The notes beneath the pieces are model-generated. The model was not told the DNA's origin. It did no database searches and saw only the letters and a program-made list of their open reading frames with translations. This document shows, one piece after another, positions 1-13,072 of a stretch of 64,000 bases of DNA. The DNA is from Dicyema japonicum (lineage: Eukaryota; Animalia; Dicyemida): the NCBI GenBank assembly GCA_011109175.1, contig RDEW01000011.1, positions 683,061 through 747,060 on the forward strand, read 5' to 3'. A program made the position numbers and the translations under genes. Positions within the stretch are counted from its first letter, which is position 1. Each line of letters starts with the position of its first letter.

Positions 1-254
1 CAATTAAGACTCCTGTTGTAGCTGATTGTGTCATTAATATTATTTTCTCCAGAGTTATATGAAATCAATGAGGCTAATCAATCCTGGACAATGGTTTGCA
101 CGAAGTTATCAACGGCCTTCGGAATGCAGTACTCGCTGATGTCAATTATCAATAAAATCAGAGTCAATGGAATTTTCAGAGGTTCCAAATCCAAATTCAT
201 TCTGTGACAACTTATCAGTCACTCCTAATGCATGTCTAATGGATGATCATTTTT

Positions 255-530
255 TATCACAGCCGCGTTACCAGTAAACACTGTTTATGGTTTCAGAACA
301 CACACTTTATTTAAGTAAAGAACAGTTATCATAGCTAGTCGATGAGGAGAACGAATGAATGCGCTTCACTTCTTTTTCTTGAGTGTATGTCCTTTATAGA
401 CGATCCGTATCCACTGATGACGGCGTCATTCGTCAAGCCAAAGCATATTGATGCGTGGAATTTTCGACCGAATGTACAGTATGGGATTCAAACTAGCGAC
501 CTTCAGGCCTCTAGCCCGGCAACCGGATGA
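255..530 (-). mobile_element. tRNA-derived SINE family 1, divergent copy, tail type B
   Basis: Homologous to copies at 16364, 29423, 45165 and 54854. Degenerate B box (AGTTTGAATCCC on minus), shared core TGACGAATGACGCCGTCATCAGTGG, and AAAGTGTGTGTTCTG junction. Confidence 0.85.
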
Positions 531-859
531 TCATTTATAATAGAAAAAAAGACCAGGAGATACACACTCGTACAAAAAACTCTAAAAATGAAAATTTTTC
601 AATTACTGAAAAGACGAAACTTCTTTGCTATGTCGCGTAACTGGTGGATAGAAATATATTTTTTGATCAGAAGAAGATGCTCTTATTGAACAAACAAAAC
701 ATCAAAAGGGGACTTGGTCAGATTGAGAATTACGATTTATTTTTTACAACCTCCTTGAAAACTGTCTTCTGTTCTTATATTTCCGCGATATCCTCCTCAC
801 TCAACAGATAGACACTATCGAACCTCACGTGAATCATACAGAACATTCTGAACACTGAT

Positions 860-1300
860 TCCATTGGTTGCACAATAGCGACTCTTAGCAAAAACACTAC
901 GACTTTGAGTCCAACGTTCTCATCGACAACAAAACTTTACATTCAACATCGACATTCTCGGAGTCACATTTGACCAAGGATCTCTTTCGCGAGATATAGT
1001 GACATCATCGCTGATAAAACTAACAATTTTAAAAATCACATCATAAACTCTTGGAGGCAAGACTAAATGCCAGTTCACCATCTACCTCCAATTTGTAAGT
1101 TCAATACTCATATACTCAGGTACCTCGTGGTCAATGACCGTTTTCAACTCTTCCCTACACAAGTTATCCACCAAACAAAAAACTGCCAACAAAGTCATCG
1201 TACATATTTTATAGTTCATGCTTCCTAAGGGAAGCCAATCTACCAGAAATGCCCGTCTCTTAATAACTCACAATTACCACGTGTCTTATAATTAAATTAC
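860..1300 (+). mobile_element. decayed LINE reverse-transcriptase C-terminal remnant
   Basis: Translates in pieces to DILGVTFD (RT thumb region) with stops and frameshifts. Confidence 0.5.
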
Positions 1301-1613
1301 TCATCTCTATTAGCATTAATTAGAATTTTTATTCAAATGTAAAAAAGGTTTTACTGTCATTCAAGTCCCCTAACGTCAAGCCCTACCCTTTGAACAACTT
1401 AATGTATGCTGAAATGTGAAGGGGTAAATTAAAATAATCCTATTTTAACCACATTAACCCAAAAAAGACCAAAAAAGGTATTTCGCGATGTTACGTTTAT
1501 ATTCGATTATAGTTCGTTACGTCGTCGCAACGAAATTTCGACAGTTTTAAATTTGCGCAAACCTGTCAGCCGCTTTTAGTGCCTGATAAAAACTAGAAGT
1601 AGTTAACTTTAGT

Positions 1614-1967
1614 GGTGAGGTTGTGAAGTCAATCTCCACGTGTTTAATCCACGTTTGGACTGTCAATGACAGAGGGATAAAAGACTGAAGAGTCACCACG
1701 TCAGTATTTGCCTCAATGCAGAGGATCAATCCGCTGCTATCAAGACAAGTCAAAGAAGGTTTTCTTTTTTTTCAATTCCTTCGCTCAAACTTTTGATCAA
1801 ACAGCATCATCCAATAGCATATCCTTCGTCGACCATCCCAATATATCAGTTCCCCGTGAGCCAGATGGCTATGGACAACTTACTCGTATAAGTCATCCAC
1901 TTTAACTTTGTTTTAGTGGTGCTTAAAGAACTTGCCCCCAATACCATCTCAGGTTATGGAAAAGGAT
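1614..1967 (+). mobile_element. RTE-like LINE 5' stub (AP endonuclease start), cut at scaffold n
   Basis: Begins with GGTGAGGTTGTGAAGTC, the motif shared with 27425, 44017 and 61295, followed by degenerate APE-like coding. Confidence 0.55.
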
Positions 1968-1968
1968 N

Positions 1969-2245
1969 GATTTTTTGTTGCGCACTAGTTCTCTTAGGTA
2001 GCCCAGGTCGTCCGCCATGTTCATTATACTGTCAGACGATGTCCACACCCTTGTAACGTAGTGAATCAGGTCGGCAGGTCGACGGGAGGATAAAAAGGTA
2101 AAATTTTCCAAACAGTTCTGCTGTTATTGTACGGTCGTTATTGTCTCTTGTAGACAGCAGACAGAGACGTCATATTTGGTTAGATCACATACCAGTTGGT
2201 GTTTCTTGTAAGGTTGTATAAGTCCTCTGCAATTGAATTGAAAGA
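1969..2245 (-). mobile_element. internally deleted non-autonomous RTE derivative
   Basis: APE start (FNCRGL..DLTKYDVSVCCLQET) fused directly to a 3' segment (DDLGYLRELVRN). Same junction as 27613-27950. Confidence 0.75.
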
Positions 2246-2389
2246 TATGATGAGAAGAATAATTTAATGGATGTTGTTAAAATGACTAACAAATCAATAA
2301 ATCCAATGACATGCAACCTTTTAAATGTTCTGCTACTTCAAGTTCAGTTGAACAATCTTTTTCCCTTTGAAAAAAATGTCTAAAGATGG

Positions 2390-3169
2390 AAATTTCAATG
2401 AAAACAATATTGAAAAATATTTCATGTTAAATTATAATTTCTCTAACAATTGATAGTTTTTGTTATTTTCCATATAAATTGTCCTAAATGATTTCATAGA
2501 TTGGTTATTTTTGATAATAATTTAAAACCAAGATTAAGTATTTCTGATATTTTGTTAACAGTTAAGCGCTAAAAATACAAAATAATGTTAAAAAAATAAT
2601 AAAATTGTCTTATTTTTAAAAAGTCCTAATTGTACTATTTTGTTTTAAAATCAATGCACTTCTAGTTGGTAGTGTCGGAACCCACCTTGACGACGATACT
2701 GTCCGCATCGGCATCTCCACCAGACTTGACTGGAGATTTGTCGGACTCACAAATGCCGTGTGGCGCAACCGTCGATTGTTATGGACACCATGCCCTCTCT
2801 TGTCGAAGAAGTGCAGGACGATTCCCAAGACACAAGGCGATCAACGGAATTGTCAAGCGAGCCTTGAAGTCTGCAAAATACCCAGCCATACTAGAACCTG
2901 TTGGCCTGGACAGAAAAGACGGAAAACGTCGCGACGGGATCACAATTTTCCCATTCGAAAAGGGAAAACCTTTGGTCTGGGACGCTACTTGTGTCGACAC
3001 GCTTTGCCCGTCCAATATTGACGGGAGCGCGGTAGACACACTGTATTCCGCGGAAAAAACGATGAGGGCAAAGGAGAAGAAATACGAAGCGTTACGCCGA
3101 CCGATTCGCGTTTTATCCGATAGTGGTCGAGACAACTGGAGGAATAAATGTCCTATTATTTTTGCCCTA
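2390..3169 (-). mobile_element. hAT-type terminal region (TAGGGC.. end) interrupted by a CRE fragment
   Basis: 2390-2650 and 3146-3169 are the reverse complement of 45132-45163 plus 45485-45750. Same terminus type as 50257. Confidence 0.65.
2655..3145 (+). mobile_element. CRE-clade non-LTR fragment (CCHC knuckle + RLE endonuclease)
   Basis: CGATVDCYGHHALSC, RH, DG, WDATCVDT and KEKKY motifs. Confidence 0.88.
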
Positions 3170-3792
3170 ATGATTACTAATAAAACCAGGATGATCTCTA
3201 ATAAACTGGAGAGATTTCTTGTATAAAGGGATAACTTACCTTGGGTATCTCTTAAACCGGTTAATTCCCAATAAGCTGAACATACAAAGACACGCTATAT
3301 TATGCAAGCTTTTACACTTGTTATCTCATCATCTGTGTAGTCTGTCATCAACGAGATTCATCACTTCTTTTTGAATATTCAATTTTGTAGAAGCGATAAA
3401 AAACAATCTGGGGTGTTGTGAATACAATTGACCTCAAACACAAAATACTTCATACTTTGTCTTTCTTTTTCGTTAATTGCCGAAAACTCAAATTAACTGT
3501 GTGTTTTGGTACAAAATCCTTTATATGTTCGCTACTATCAAAATTCATCCGACAGCTCCACACTTGTTTAAATAGTTTTCTCTAATCCCAGGTGGCTTTA
3601 AAAGTAACACCTGCGACTGGTGTCAGTATCTTTAGGATTAAGTTATTGTGTCGACAATTGAATATTCTTATACTGCCTTGAGATTTGCGTTTCAGCAAGA
3701 GCCAGTAAACCCATTCAGAGAAAGAGTGCCTTATGCAGAAAAATTCCTATCGACCATAAAGAAGTGCACCCTGATATAATTATTCTGTAGAC

Positions 3793-4737
3793 CAGGGGTG
3801 TCAAACTCATTTAGCTTCGAGGGGGGCATTTATAATAATTTTTCATCAAGGAAAGATTATTTATTTATTTTAGTAAAAAACCAAAAATAAGGAAAAACTA
3901 AATATGTAATCACCATTTTCTAATCGTGCTTAGAGCAACTTCCGGACATCTTTTTTTCGGATACAATTTTTGATATATCGGGCTCAACTATTCATGTAGT
4001 CCAGACTTTTATTAAAGCCGATAAATTTTCATCTGTGAGTCTTGTTCTTTGAACAGTTTTTGTTAATTTCATAAATGAAAAAAGTTGTTCACACATGTCA
4101 AAGAAATGTCTTCACACAAATAAGCATTGTCTGGACAAATAATTTTGGCTGTTTTCACGATGAAATCACCATCACAATATTATTTCCCATTCATTGCAAG
4201 CATTCTGCTGATTTCATAGCTTGCAGTAACTGATGCAGTACTTCGATTGTGAATTTGTGTGAAATGAGCCTGTGACGAAGTCATATTATTTCGTAATTCA
4301 TTCGGCTTTGAGACACCCATTGGACCTTATTGGTTAATAAACAACTTAGTACCTTCGAAGTAATCGTATGATCTATGATTAAAATGGTAATGCCTTTTTA
4401 AGTTGTATTCTTTCAGTATGGCGATAAACTGGTTACATATCACACAATGTAATTTTCTATCAATCGTTGTACAAAAATAGAGAATTTCCCAGTTTTTGAA
4501 ACACTCTCTTTTCATCTTTCAAACACCGTTTTTTAGTTCCATAACAAACACGTGGCATTGACAAACAAGATTTCAAATACTATTAAAAAATAATTAAAAT
4601 CAAAAAATATTTTATAATTAAAATTAAAATATTTTGTTTTATAGCCATCGGGCTTCACTGTACCGTTGCACTTAACGAACTCCACTAAACATTACTGTTG
4701 CGCATGAGGCTCGCGGGCCGCATGTTTGACACCCCTG
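3793..4737 (-). mobile_element. internally deleted hAT (Buster/Charlie, GTF2IRD2-like) transposon with intact ends
   Basis: TIR CAGGGGTGTCAAAC at both ends. Perfect 8-bp TSD CTGTAGAC (3785-3792, 4738-4745). BED finger CVIC..YNLKRHY remnant. Confidence 0.95.
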
Positions 4738-5639
4738 CTGTAGACACAAAAATAGACTCTTCGGTTGTCAGCTGGGTCACTGGTGGAATTTTCAAAGAGA
4801 ATTTAAGAGATATTGAAGGCTAGGATCACATAATTAGTTGATTTAACCATTCTTTTCTGGTGGTCTCGTGGTTACATAAATAGCTCTATCGGTGGAAAAT
4901 GTATGTGACTCATCTACGTGGAGGCATTGCTCACTTGAAGTGTTGGAATAGAGTCGCAATCTCTCTATCCAGCACTCATGGAGTAACTTTGCATTGTATC
5001 CTGCTTTTTTACATGGGAGACGTCGAGGAAAGTCCAGATCTCATCATAAAGCTAGTTAACATTAATGAAACCAAAATGAATATTACAGTGCTACAAACGC
5101 TTTAACTACAGACATTCAATGTACATCGCTCTTTTTCAAAAACAAAAACTAAATCCACGACAGACAACCTCCACCTTTCAGATACTCAGTTTTCAGACGA
5201 GACAAAAGTTATGGAAGGTATGGAGGCCTAATTACACTGATCAGGAATAATCAAGGTAAGTTCTCATATCCGACAGTTTTGATAACTTACCCATTCTCAA
5301 TAATTCATGTAAAAACACAAGGACCCACTTCACTCGACATTTTGTCATTCTTCTCTTACGGCTTTTATTTCATGGAAGTTATATATGACTTACCAACCAT
5401 AACCCCATTCTTTCCTAGATAAACCGTCCTCAAAAAGGCATCCGAATGTATGGTTATTCCCAACCCTCCAAAACAAACATGAAAAGTTGCCTGAAGCTGA
5501 CCATAGTCATCAAAATTTATTTTTAAAATCGTTTCGAGGGTTGACTCAATTTCATTATCAAGGAGAGATAGGAGATCTTATACATCATAACAAGGGAACT
5601 TTGGAAGTTGAAATGCATATTGGGAAGCAGGAGACGAGT

Positions 5640-6090
5640 TTTAAGCATAAAAAGTCAAAAATCCTATCCAGGAGGAACAATCTGTCGGCGAACTTGCCAA
5701 GAAGCATTTTTTGTCGCTTAAGGACTCTCTTATTCGATTTGTGTCTATTCCGCATCCAAGGAATTTATGAGAGCATATGTCGTAGTTAGAACATATGTGA
5801 CAAATTTCCACTTGTTTTAAGAAAAAGGCAAATTGTTCCACGCCAAATAAAAAAAAGACCAAGTGGGTCACCCTGCTGTACTCCCGTATCATGAGGAATA
5901 GTTTCATCTCCGAAAACGAAGGGGGTGGACTCGTATAAGAAAAGTGGACAAGGGTATATTTTCGACGTTCTTTTCAGGCAAACGTCAGGATGACATCCCT
6001 TCTGACCGAGTTGAAGGCATTGCGAAGTTCCGATTTGAAAAAAAAATTTCAGCTCCCAATGATAGTCTGGCGAACTCCCTAACCACATGG
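5640..6090 (-). mobile_element. CRE-clade RT fragment
   Basis: TGVQQGDPLG motif and flanking RT residues, frameshifted. Confidence 0.75.
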
Positions 6091-7239
6091 ACCTCCAAGT
6101 GGAGAAATCATTTCTATTTCACAAAATTTTAACGAAAAGTAGAAATTTCCTATCCGAAAATGTGAAATAGAAATGCGTATTTCTTGCATTTCCACAGTCA
6201 CTGTCTCACACAACAAGACAGCTGTATTACTTTGTGTCTATGAGCTTTTTAACTGATGATGTAAAAATTTTCATTTTAGGACACCGACGTTTCAGTCAGT
6301 ATACGTGAAGGGAGTATTTTGGCCTACGACATCAGGTATTTCACAATATGGCTAGTCTTACGAATATGAACTTAGAGAGTGTTTTATTCATAAAAAGTCG
6401 TTCTAAGCCCAAAGATTTTGACAATTTTGCGTTTTAAGAAATAAAAATTAAAATTACTGCTCATTGTAGGTCAACAATTTATTTTTTAGGGCACTTTAAA
6501 TGCCTTTTTAGGTCATTTTTGATGTTAAGGGAAACTTTTCGGATGCCTTACTAATTACTGAACAAGATCGATAGGTGGAAACCATTAATGAGCAAACACA
6601 CAGGAAAAGGGGACAAAATTACTGTAAAGAGGCAAGGATTTAATAAAATTAAGTCACAACTAACTAATCTTGTAAATTTAGCATACTATTGATAATGTCC
6701 CTATCAGAGGGATCATCAGCAATAAGCAAGCACTCCCCGTTATTCAACGCTATACCGACTCATCAATCCAATTATTATCAGAATATGACCCATCCAGCTG
6801 CATTTCATTTTTCTACAAATTTGGAGGACTTTGGTAAAATATGGAACTTAACCATAGGACCCGTTAAAATCAATTTTTATAAAATTTAAAAAAGATGACT
6901 TTTATACATAAAAAATGTCAATCACATTGTAGAATATCTCGTTATGTTTATTGATGAACTTGTTAAAACTTGAAAAATTAATTGGAGCCCATTTTGAAAG
7001 GGAACCGGTTTTCGACAATAATATTTCTGTGACATCATCCAGCCCCAGAAACGACTGTCCTGTCTCCATCATACTATTGTTGCTATTTGATTTCGCAAAA
7101 GGCCCCTGGGATTCGCTTCATTCTTTAAAGCTGAAACATACATGTACACACCACGTAAAATTATTTTTTAAAACTTATTCAAAATAAATTATATCAAATT
7201 TAATCTTGCTGGTTGATGGTTCCTATAAGTCTCCAGTTT

Positions 7240-7810
7240 GATGAATTAACTGACATAACATGCGTTTTGTAATTGAGGATTTTCTTTTTTGTCTGGAACT
7301 TTCAGACAGAACACGTGGTCAAGATGTTTTTGATGTCGTGACTAGTTTCATGAAATTAAATAAAATTGAATAGAGTAAAGTTGGTTCAATATGTAGGGAC
7401 GGAGCTCCTTCAATGCTTGGTTATCAGGATTTGTCTCTCATATCAAAAAAGTTAATCCTCTAGTACACACACGAATCATTCCGTACTTCATATTCTTTTG
7501 CTTCAAAAACATTGCCACAGGATGATGTTCCTGAACAAATTATAAAAAATAATTAATATTATTCGTTCACGGGCATTGAATCATAGAATTTTTCAGAGTA
7601 TACGTGAAGAACTTGGTTCAGAACATTCTATCTTACTGTTCCGCACAAAGGTAAGATGGCTTTCGAAAGAAGAGCTCTAACAAGAGTTGGAAGTTGTATG
7701 ATGCAAAGGAATATTATAATTAAAATTATTGTCAAAATGTTCACTCTTCTCGTTAGTGAAAATATCGCCGCATTTAAGTAAAAATTGTTTTATGGAGAAA
7801 GAATGCAATT
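7240..7810 (+). mobile_element. hAT transposase fragment (ZBED5/SCAND3-like)
   Basis: EDFLFCLEL..TRGQDVF and DGAPSMLG motifs with stops. Confidence 0.8.
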
Positions 7811-7869
7811 GACTTTATTAAAAAAGAAAATAATCAGTTAATTTATCCCCAGTAAAGCATATTTAAAAC

Positions 7870-8240
7870 TGCCATCCATCCAAAGTGGACCCCGCCGACA
7901 TTATCGACGTTGCGTTGCCTCTCACGATTGCACAACAGAGATCAACTGGAGTAGCCACCTGGTCTCACGTGCGTCGTGGCTTTTTAGTGTAGCTAAGCGT
8001 CCAAGTTTCTTTAGGAAGCGAAGCGATTTCCACTTATTCCTCCAGTTGTCTCGACCACTATCGGATAAAACGCGAATCGGTCGCGTAGCGCTTCGTACTT
8101 CTTTTCCTTTGCCATCATCGTTTTTTCCGCGGAATACAGTGTGTCTACCGCGCTCCCGACAATGTTGGACGGGCAAAGCGTGTCGACACAAGTAGCGTCC
8201 CAGACCAAAGGTTTCCCCTCTTCGAATGGGAAAATTGCAA
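7870..8240 (-). mobile_element. CRE-clade RLE 3' fragment
   Basis: Near-identical to 2945-3145. WDATCVDT..KEKKY..PIVVETTG. Confidence 0.88.
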
Positions 8241-8325
8241 TGTTTCCATTGCTTGAATTAAACTTGGGAAATGATTTCCCAGATCTTTCAATTTTAAATA
8301 TGATCGATCAACAACTGGAAAATTT

Positions 8326-10122
8326 AAGTCTCTCGAATCCGCCAATTTCGGGATCGCAAAATCTGGCGGATTCAAGAGATTGATTTTTCATCCATTAATA
8401 ATGTAAATCAAAAAATTATTTATAAGCAAAAAAATCAGTAAGTTTTGATTTGTTTTTTTAGAGTTCGTATCATTGAAGATCCAAGCTTTTCGACATTAAA
8501 GAATTCTTGATTATAAAATTCTTTTAATTTATTTAAGGCTAGAAAGGCCTCGCTAATAGTTACACCTTTCTGACTTTCTTCAAGGGGTTCTTCACTATCA
8601 ATTTCTTGTTCTATTTTCTCCAAATCATTCAAATCAAGTTCTTCGGTTCATTGTAGTCAATTTCGCTGTAAAATATCTCTTCTAAAGGATCACTATGTTC
8701 ATTTTGTTTAGAATATATTCGTAATTTTAAATAACAGGGTTTTCATAATTTATATTTTCAATGTTTTGAATCCATTTTGCGTGTGTGAAGCATTTGAATA
8801 TAAAAATCTATCTTGTTCCAAGCATAATTTGTGAATAATATTGCATCTTTTAAGTTTGATTTTTTGTATGCAAAATAGGGAATTATCCCAGCTTCAATTT
8901 TATGAATAATATCAAAATATTAAAAGAATTGAAATTGCATTTGTACGATTTGATTATACCCTGATCCAGTGGTTGCAAAAACGACGTTGTATTTGCTGGT
9001 CGAAATATTATTTCAATTTGGTTTAATTCGATCAAAACCTAATGTAAATGATAGGAAATTTATTATGTGCAGGACATTTATCTACAACAAGCAAAATTTC
9101 CTAGGATTTTTAAACATCCCAAGTAGTAAGGGTGTTCGTTTATCTGTACCGTCCTCATTTGTACATAACATGACTGAAACTCTGCTTTCAATCATTTTAT
9201 ATCCTGATTTAAGTTTTTTACAAACACTTTTGGACGGTATCATTTTGTAAAATAAACCAGTTTCGTCGACATTATAAACATGTTGAGCTCCGTAGAGATT
9301 GATTTTATTTTTGATTAATTCAATAAAATCTGATACTACAATGAGGTCAAAATTAAAGTTGCAGATTCTCCATGCATATTTCGTAACTTCAAACCATTCC
9401 TCTTTTTAAATTTAACAAGCCACCCTTGCTTCCTTGAAATCAGTGATCCCTCGTTTCTATGCAAATGTTTTGGCTTTCTCAGTAATAATTTCATCCTTCA
9501 AAATGGCTCCTTTAACATCCATTGAATTACTTAAAAAATCGTGTCATAATCGATTTCACTGAACTTTAAATATTTTTTGCGAGAAATGTCAAATCGTAAG
9601 TTATTCAACATATTTCAGATCCTCTTTTACCTCTCAGATCATCAATAGATCTACGAGAAATAGGTGCAAGATATTTTTTGGAAAAGATTTCTGAAATATA
9701 TACCGGTAATTCAATAGTCGATTCAATAAACTTTAAAATGACAATTTTTTGTTTGTTTTTTAATCGTGTACAGTTACGTTTCATAAAAACAACAATAAAA
9801 AATGACAACGTGTTGTAAATTATTTAAAAAATTATTTGAAATTAAGAGACATGATTCATTAAAAATCTGGCGGATTCGAGAAATTTTGTTAAAAAAATGA
9901 CGGATTAGAGAATTTATTAGTTATAATGAAGAATTTATTGAAGAAAGAAAATAGAGCAACGGTTATATAGAAGCTGTCCTGACTGCGTGGCTATTCCCTC
10001 TCAGGATAGCGAGCGAGATTCGCTCAAATAACCAGCAGCGCTCACGAGGGTCTCCATTTATTAGTTATAATTGGCGGATTCTAAAAATGGCGAATTCGAG
10101 AATTGGTGGATTGGAGAGACTG
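8326..10122 (-). mobile_element. pogo/Tigger DNA transposon, decayed
   Basis: Inverted ends AGTCTCTCGAATCCGCC / GGTGGATTGGAGAGACTG+TA. CENP-B HTH (KFKKRNG..HGESA) and YNVDETGLFYK DDE motif. Confidence 0.85.
9928..10055 (-). mobile_element. 5'-truncated CRE insertion (128 bp) nested in pogo
   Basis: Matches the 3' end of the CRE at 45770-45895. Flanked by the 16-bp direct repeat ATTTATTAGTTATAAT (9912-9927, 10056-10071). Confidence 0.9.
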
Positions 10123-11445
10123 TACTACATTCTAAAATTATCTTCCGATTCCCAATCCGTTTAACGACTAGATTATAAATCCATTTTTAATAATAGACAA
10201 ATAAAATAGTCACCAGATTATTAAATACTAACATCAAACATATATTGACAAATTATTTTGAATAACTAGAGAATCACTAAACTCAGAGAATATAAGTAAT
10301 ATTAAAATACATATAAGTGTATAAAAAGTTAATATATTTAATAATCAACAACCTTCCTCGCCTGCCTGTTCGCCAGCCTCCTCAGGCAGGTTCGATTCTG
10401 GTTGCTGAAACAACTCCGAGAGCGCCTTGTCCAATTGAATAAGTGTAAAACTCAACCTTCGTAGTGTTTATGCTTTCTGACAAATCAATTATTAACGATT
10501 AAAGTGACAATAGTAAATTCACATCCACGACAATATAATTACTTTAATGGACAGCTGTCAGTCTCACATTCTGGTAATCCCTCAAAGATTCCAATTCTTT
10601 CCCACATTAACACACGACAAACGTATTCACATATATTTTTAATCCATTATAATATTGACACGACAACTATAATGTCAATCAAGTGAGCTAACAACATTAA
10701 ATAACAGAAAGGTCAACTTAGCGAACACGTGGTCAATAAATCGAACAAAATAGTCCACTTATCATCCTGCAAAATATATCAACAATCCTCTTAACAAGCC
10801 ACATAGTTTAAAGCGGAAAAAAAGCCCGCTTAATTAACCACAGAAAGACCGCCTAATATGGTTACCAAAATAAAAAAAAATCTTGCTAATGAACAAAATA
10901 TCAATTGTAGAGTAATCTTCATACTATCCAGAAAAAACAACCCAAAGATATAAATGTTATATATCGTAAAATAATCTTTCCAAAAAATGTTATATATTAA
11001 TAAATTTCAAAGCGTTAAAAATGCCAACATTTGAAGGAGACTATTTGAGGCTGAGTCGACAGCTCTATATTCGCACATGAGTGACCTATAAGGATATTTG
11101 ACAGAAAAGTGTTAATGTAAAACACATGAATACTAGAAATCACTAGTATAATTTAAAAATCGACATATGCGTGATAAAATGAATCAAATTACAAAACCTT
11201 TGATAAGATGGCGAACCTTAAGATAAACAAAATTTAAGCGGGAAAAATGTTTGTTTAGGAGGTGACCTAATCAAAATGCGCTTAATTAGAAAAGATGGTG
11301 GAATATGCATATCAAAGACTACGAGAGAATAGGAATGTGGAAAAAATGAGTTGTAAATGATTGTAAGGGAAGATGATATAAGCAAAGTTTGAGCAAACCA
11401 GGCACAACACAGCAGAGAAAACATAGCACGTGCTAAAAAGTCAAA

Positions 11446-12660
11446 TCAAGAACCTGAAGCAACTGAATCAGAAGAAGACACGGATTCAATAGATGGGTTC
11501 TCTCTCTGAAAGTTTTCAAGTTCTTGTAGAACGTTTCTACACTTATCAATGTATAATCTCTTTATGCACATCAACTCTCTTGCTCGTTCAAAAAAATTCA
11601 TGGAGAGATCCTACAATTTATAAATAGACCTACTGTAATGTGACACTTGGCATCACTAAGCAGTGATACAACAGTTCGTGGTCTAAATGGTGAAGAGTTA
11701 GGAATTAACTCTCTGACCATATCAAGCTGATATTTTAACTTTCTACGTCTACAAATCACCATAAAATGATAATAAATTAGGATAATATTCATAAATTAAA
11801 AACGCAAAAATTCTATTTTTATACCAGAATATAAAAAAGTTTAGGCAAAATTTATAAAGTTTTTAGGTTGATATGTTGCTATCAGCACAAAAGAACAACA
11901 TTTTAGCAGGAAAGTAATTTTTAGGTGTCAAATATGTAAAAGTAAGTTTTAACTGCTAAAAATTTACTGGTAAACAACAAATAATAAAATTAAAGCAGAA
12001 ATGTCTATGTAACAGATCAAGGTAAGCATTGTGGTAAAATATATGTCTTGGCTGAACCCTGAAATTAATAAAATTTATGCGGGAAAAATATTTAGTTTGC
12101 GTGGCAATATAGAATAAGTAGATAAAAGGCATAATCAAATTGTAAGCCAATTAAACTAGAAAATAATCAAAAATATTATGTAAGATATTAAATAACAAAT
12201 ATTGTTTAATAATAAAGAGATTGACAAGTAAGCTGTGAAATCGAAATAAATGATATCGTGCGTAACAATCGTATGTAAAAATGTAATCAAATATTCACGA
12301 ACCTATTTCTCTCATTCACACAGTGTGTAGATTCTGGGATCCTACCAGTAAATAAGTAAAATACATGAACGGGTATTCCAATCCTGTAAACAACGGCAAC
12401 TCGTAAAAGGCTAAAGGTGGAGGTACTTCAACTGTCATCACTTGAGTTTCATCTCTCCTAGGAGTTTGTGACGCAGTGGGAGACTCCTCCTGTGGATGAG
12501 GCGGCGATTGGGAAGACTCACGTTCAGGTGTCTTAGCCACTTGCTGCCTCGCAAATTCTTCGTCATCTTCTATTAGAGCTGCAGCTTCCATGAGCGTCTC
12601 AAACATATTTTTGGGGGGGCCTCCATTAGTCGAAGTTGTCGATGAGTCCGAACCAACCAT
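11446..12660 (-). CDS. Mad/Mxi/Mnt-family bHLH-Zip transcriptional repressor (exons 12660-12365, 12341-12303, 11748-11634, 11610-11446)
   Basis: SID-like FETLMEAAALIE. Spliced basic/HLH region STHCVNERNRRRKLKYQLDMVRELIP..TVVSLLSDAKCHI matches the MXD pattern HNELEKNRRAHLR..TTLSLLTKAKLHI. GT-AG introns of 23, 554 and 23 nt keep the frame open. 3' end may extend via a further intron. Confidence 0.82.
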
Positions 12661-12697
12661 CAAAGCAAACTGCGGCAAATATATTTATATGCAAAAA

Positions 12698-12753
12698 TGA
12701 CGTCATCGATAAGCGAATATTATTTTCGCTCGTTTTGGTGAGTAAAGCACGTG
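12698..12753. promoter_or_regulatory. candidate proximal promoter: CRE palindrome TGACGTCA (12698-12705) and E-box CACGTG (12748-12753)
   Basis: Exact consensus motifs within 100 bp upstream of the MXD-like ATG. Confidence 0.4.
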
Positions 12754-13072
12754 GTTGTTTATTTCGTTAGCATTAAAGCAATCTGATTATTTTCTGCAAT
12801 TATCTAAAGATTTTATTGTTAGAAACATCATCTGATAGAGTAATCCTAAAAGAACTTCCAATGCCTCTCGATGTGTCAAGAGTGAGTGAATATTATTCAA
12901 TTTTCTCCAGACTTGGCGCGTGGTGTTGGAAAATCGGCTAAATGAGAGAATTATTCAATTTTGCACAAAGTGAGAGTGTTGTTCATGCACCAATTGAATG
13001 TACAAATAAAATTTTATTAAATGGACCCATTTATTTTGTAGTTTTAAGGCAGTCTACAGAATTGACACACTT

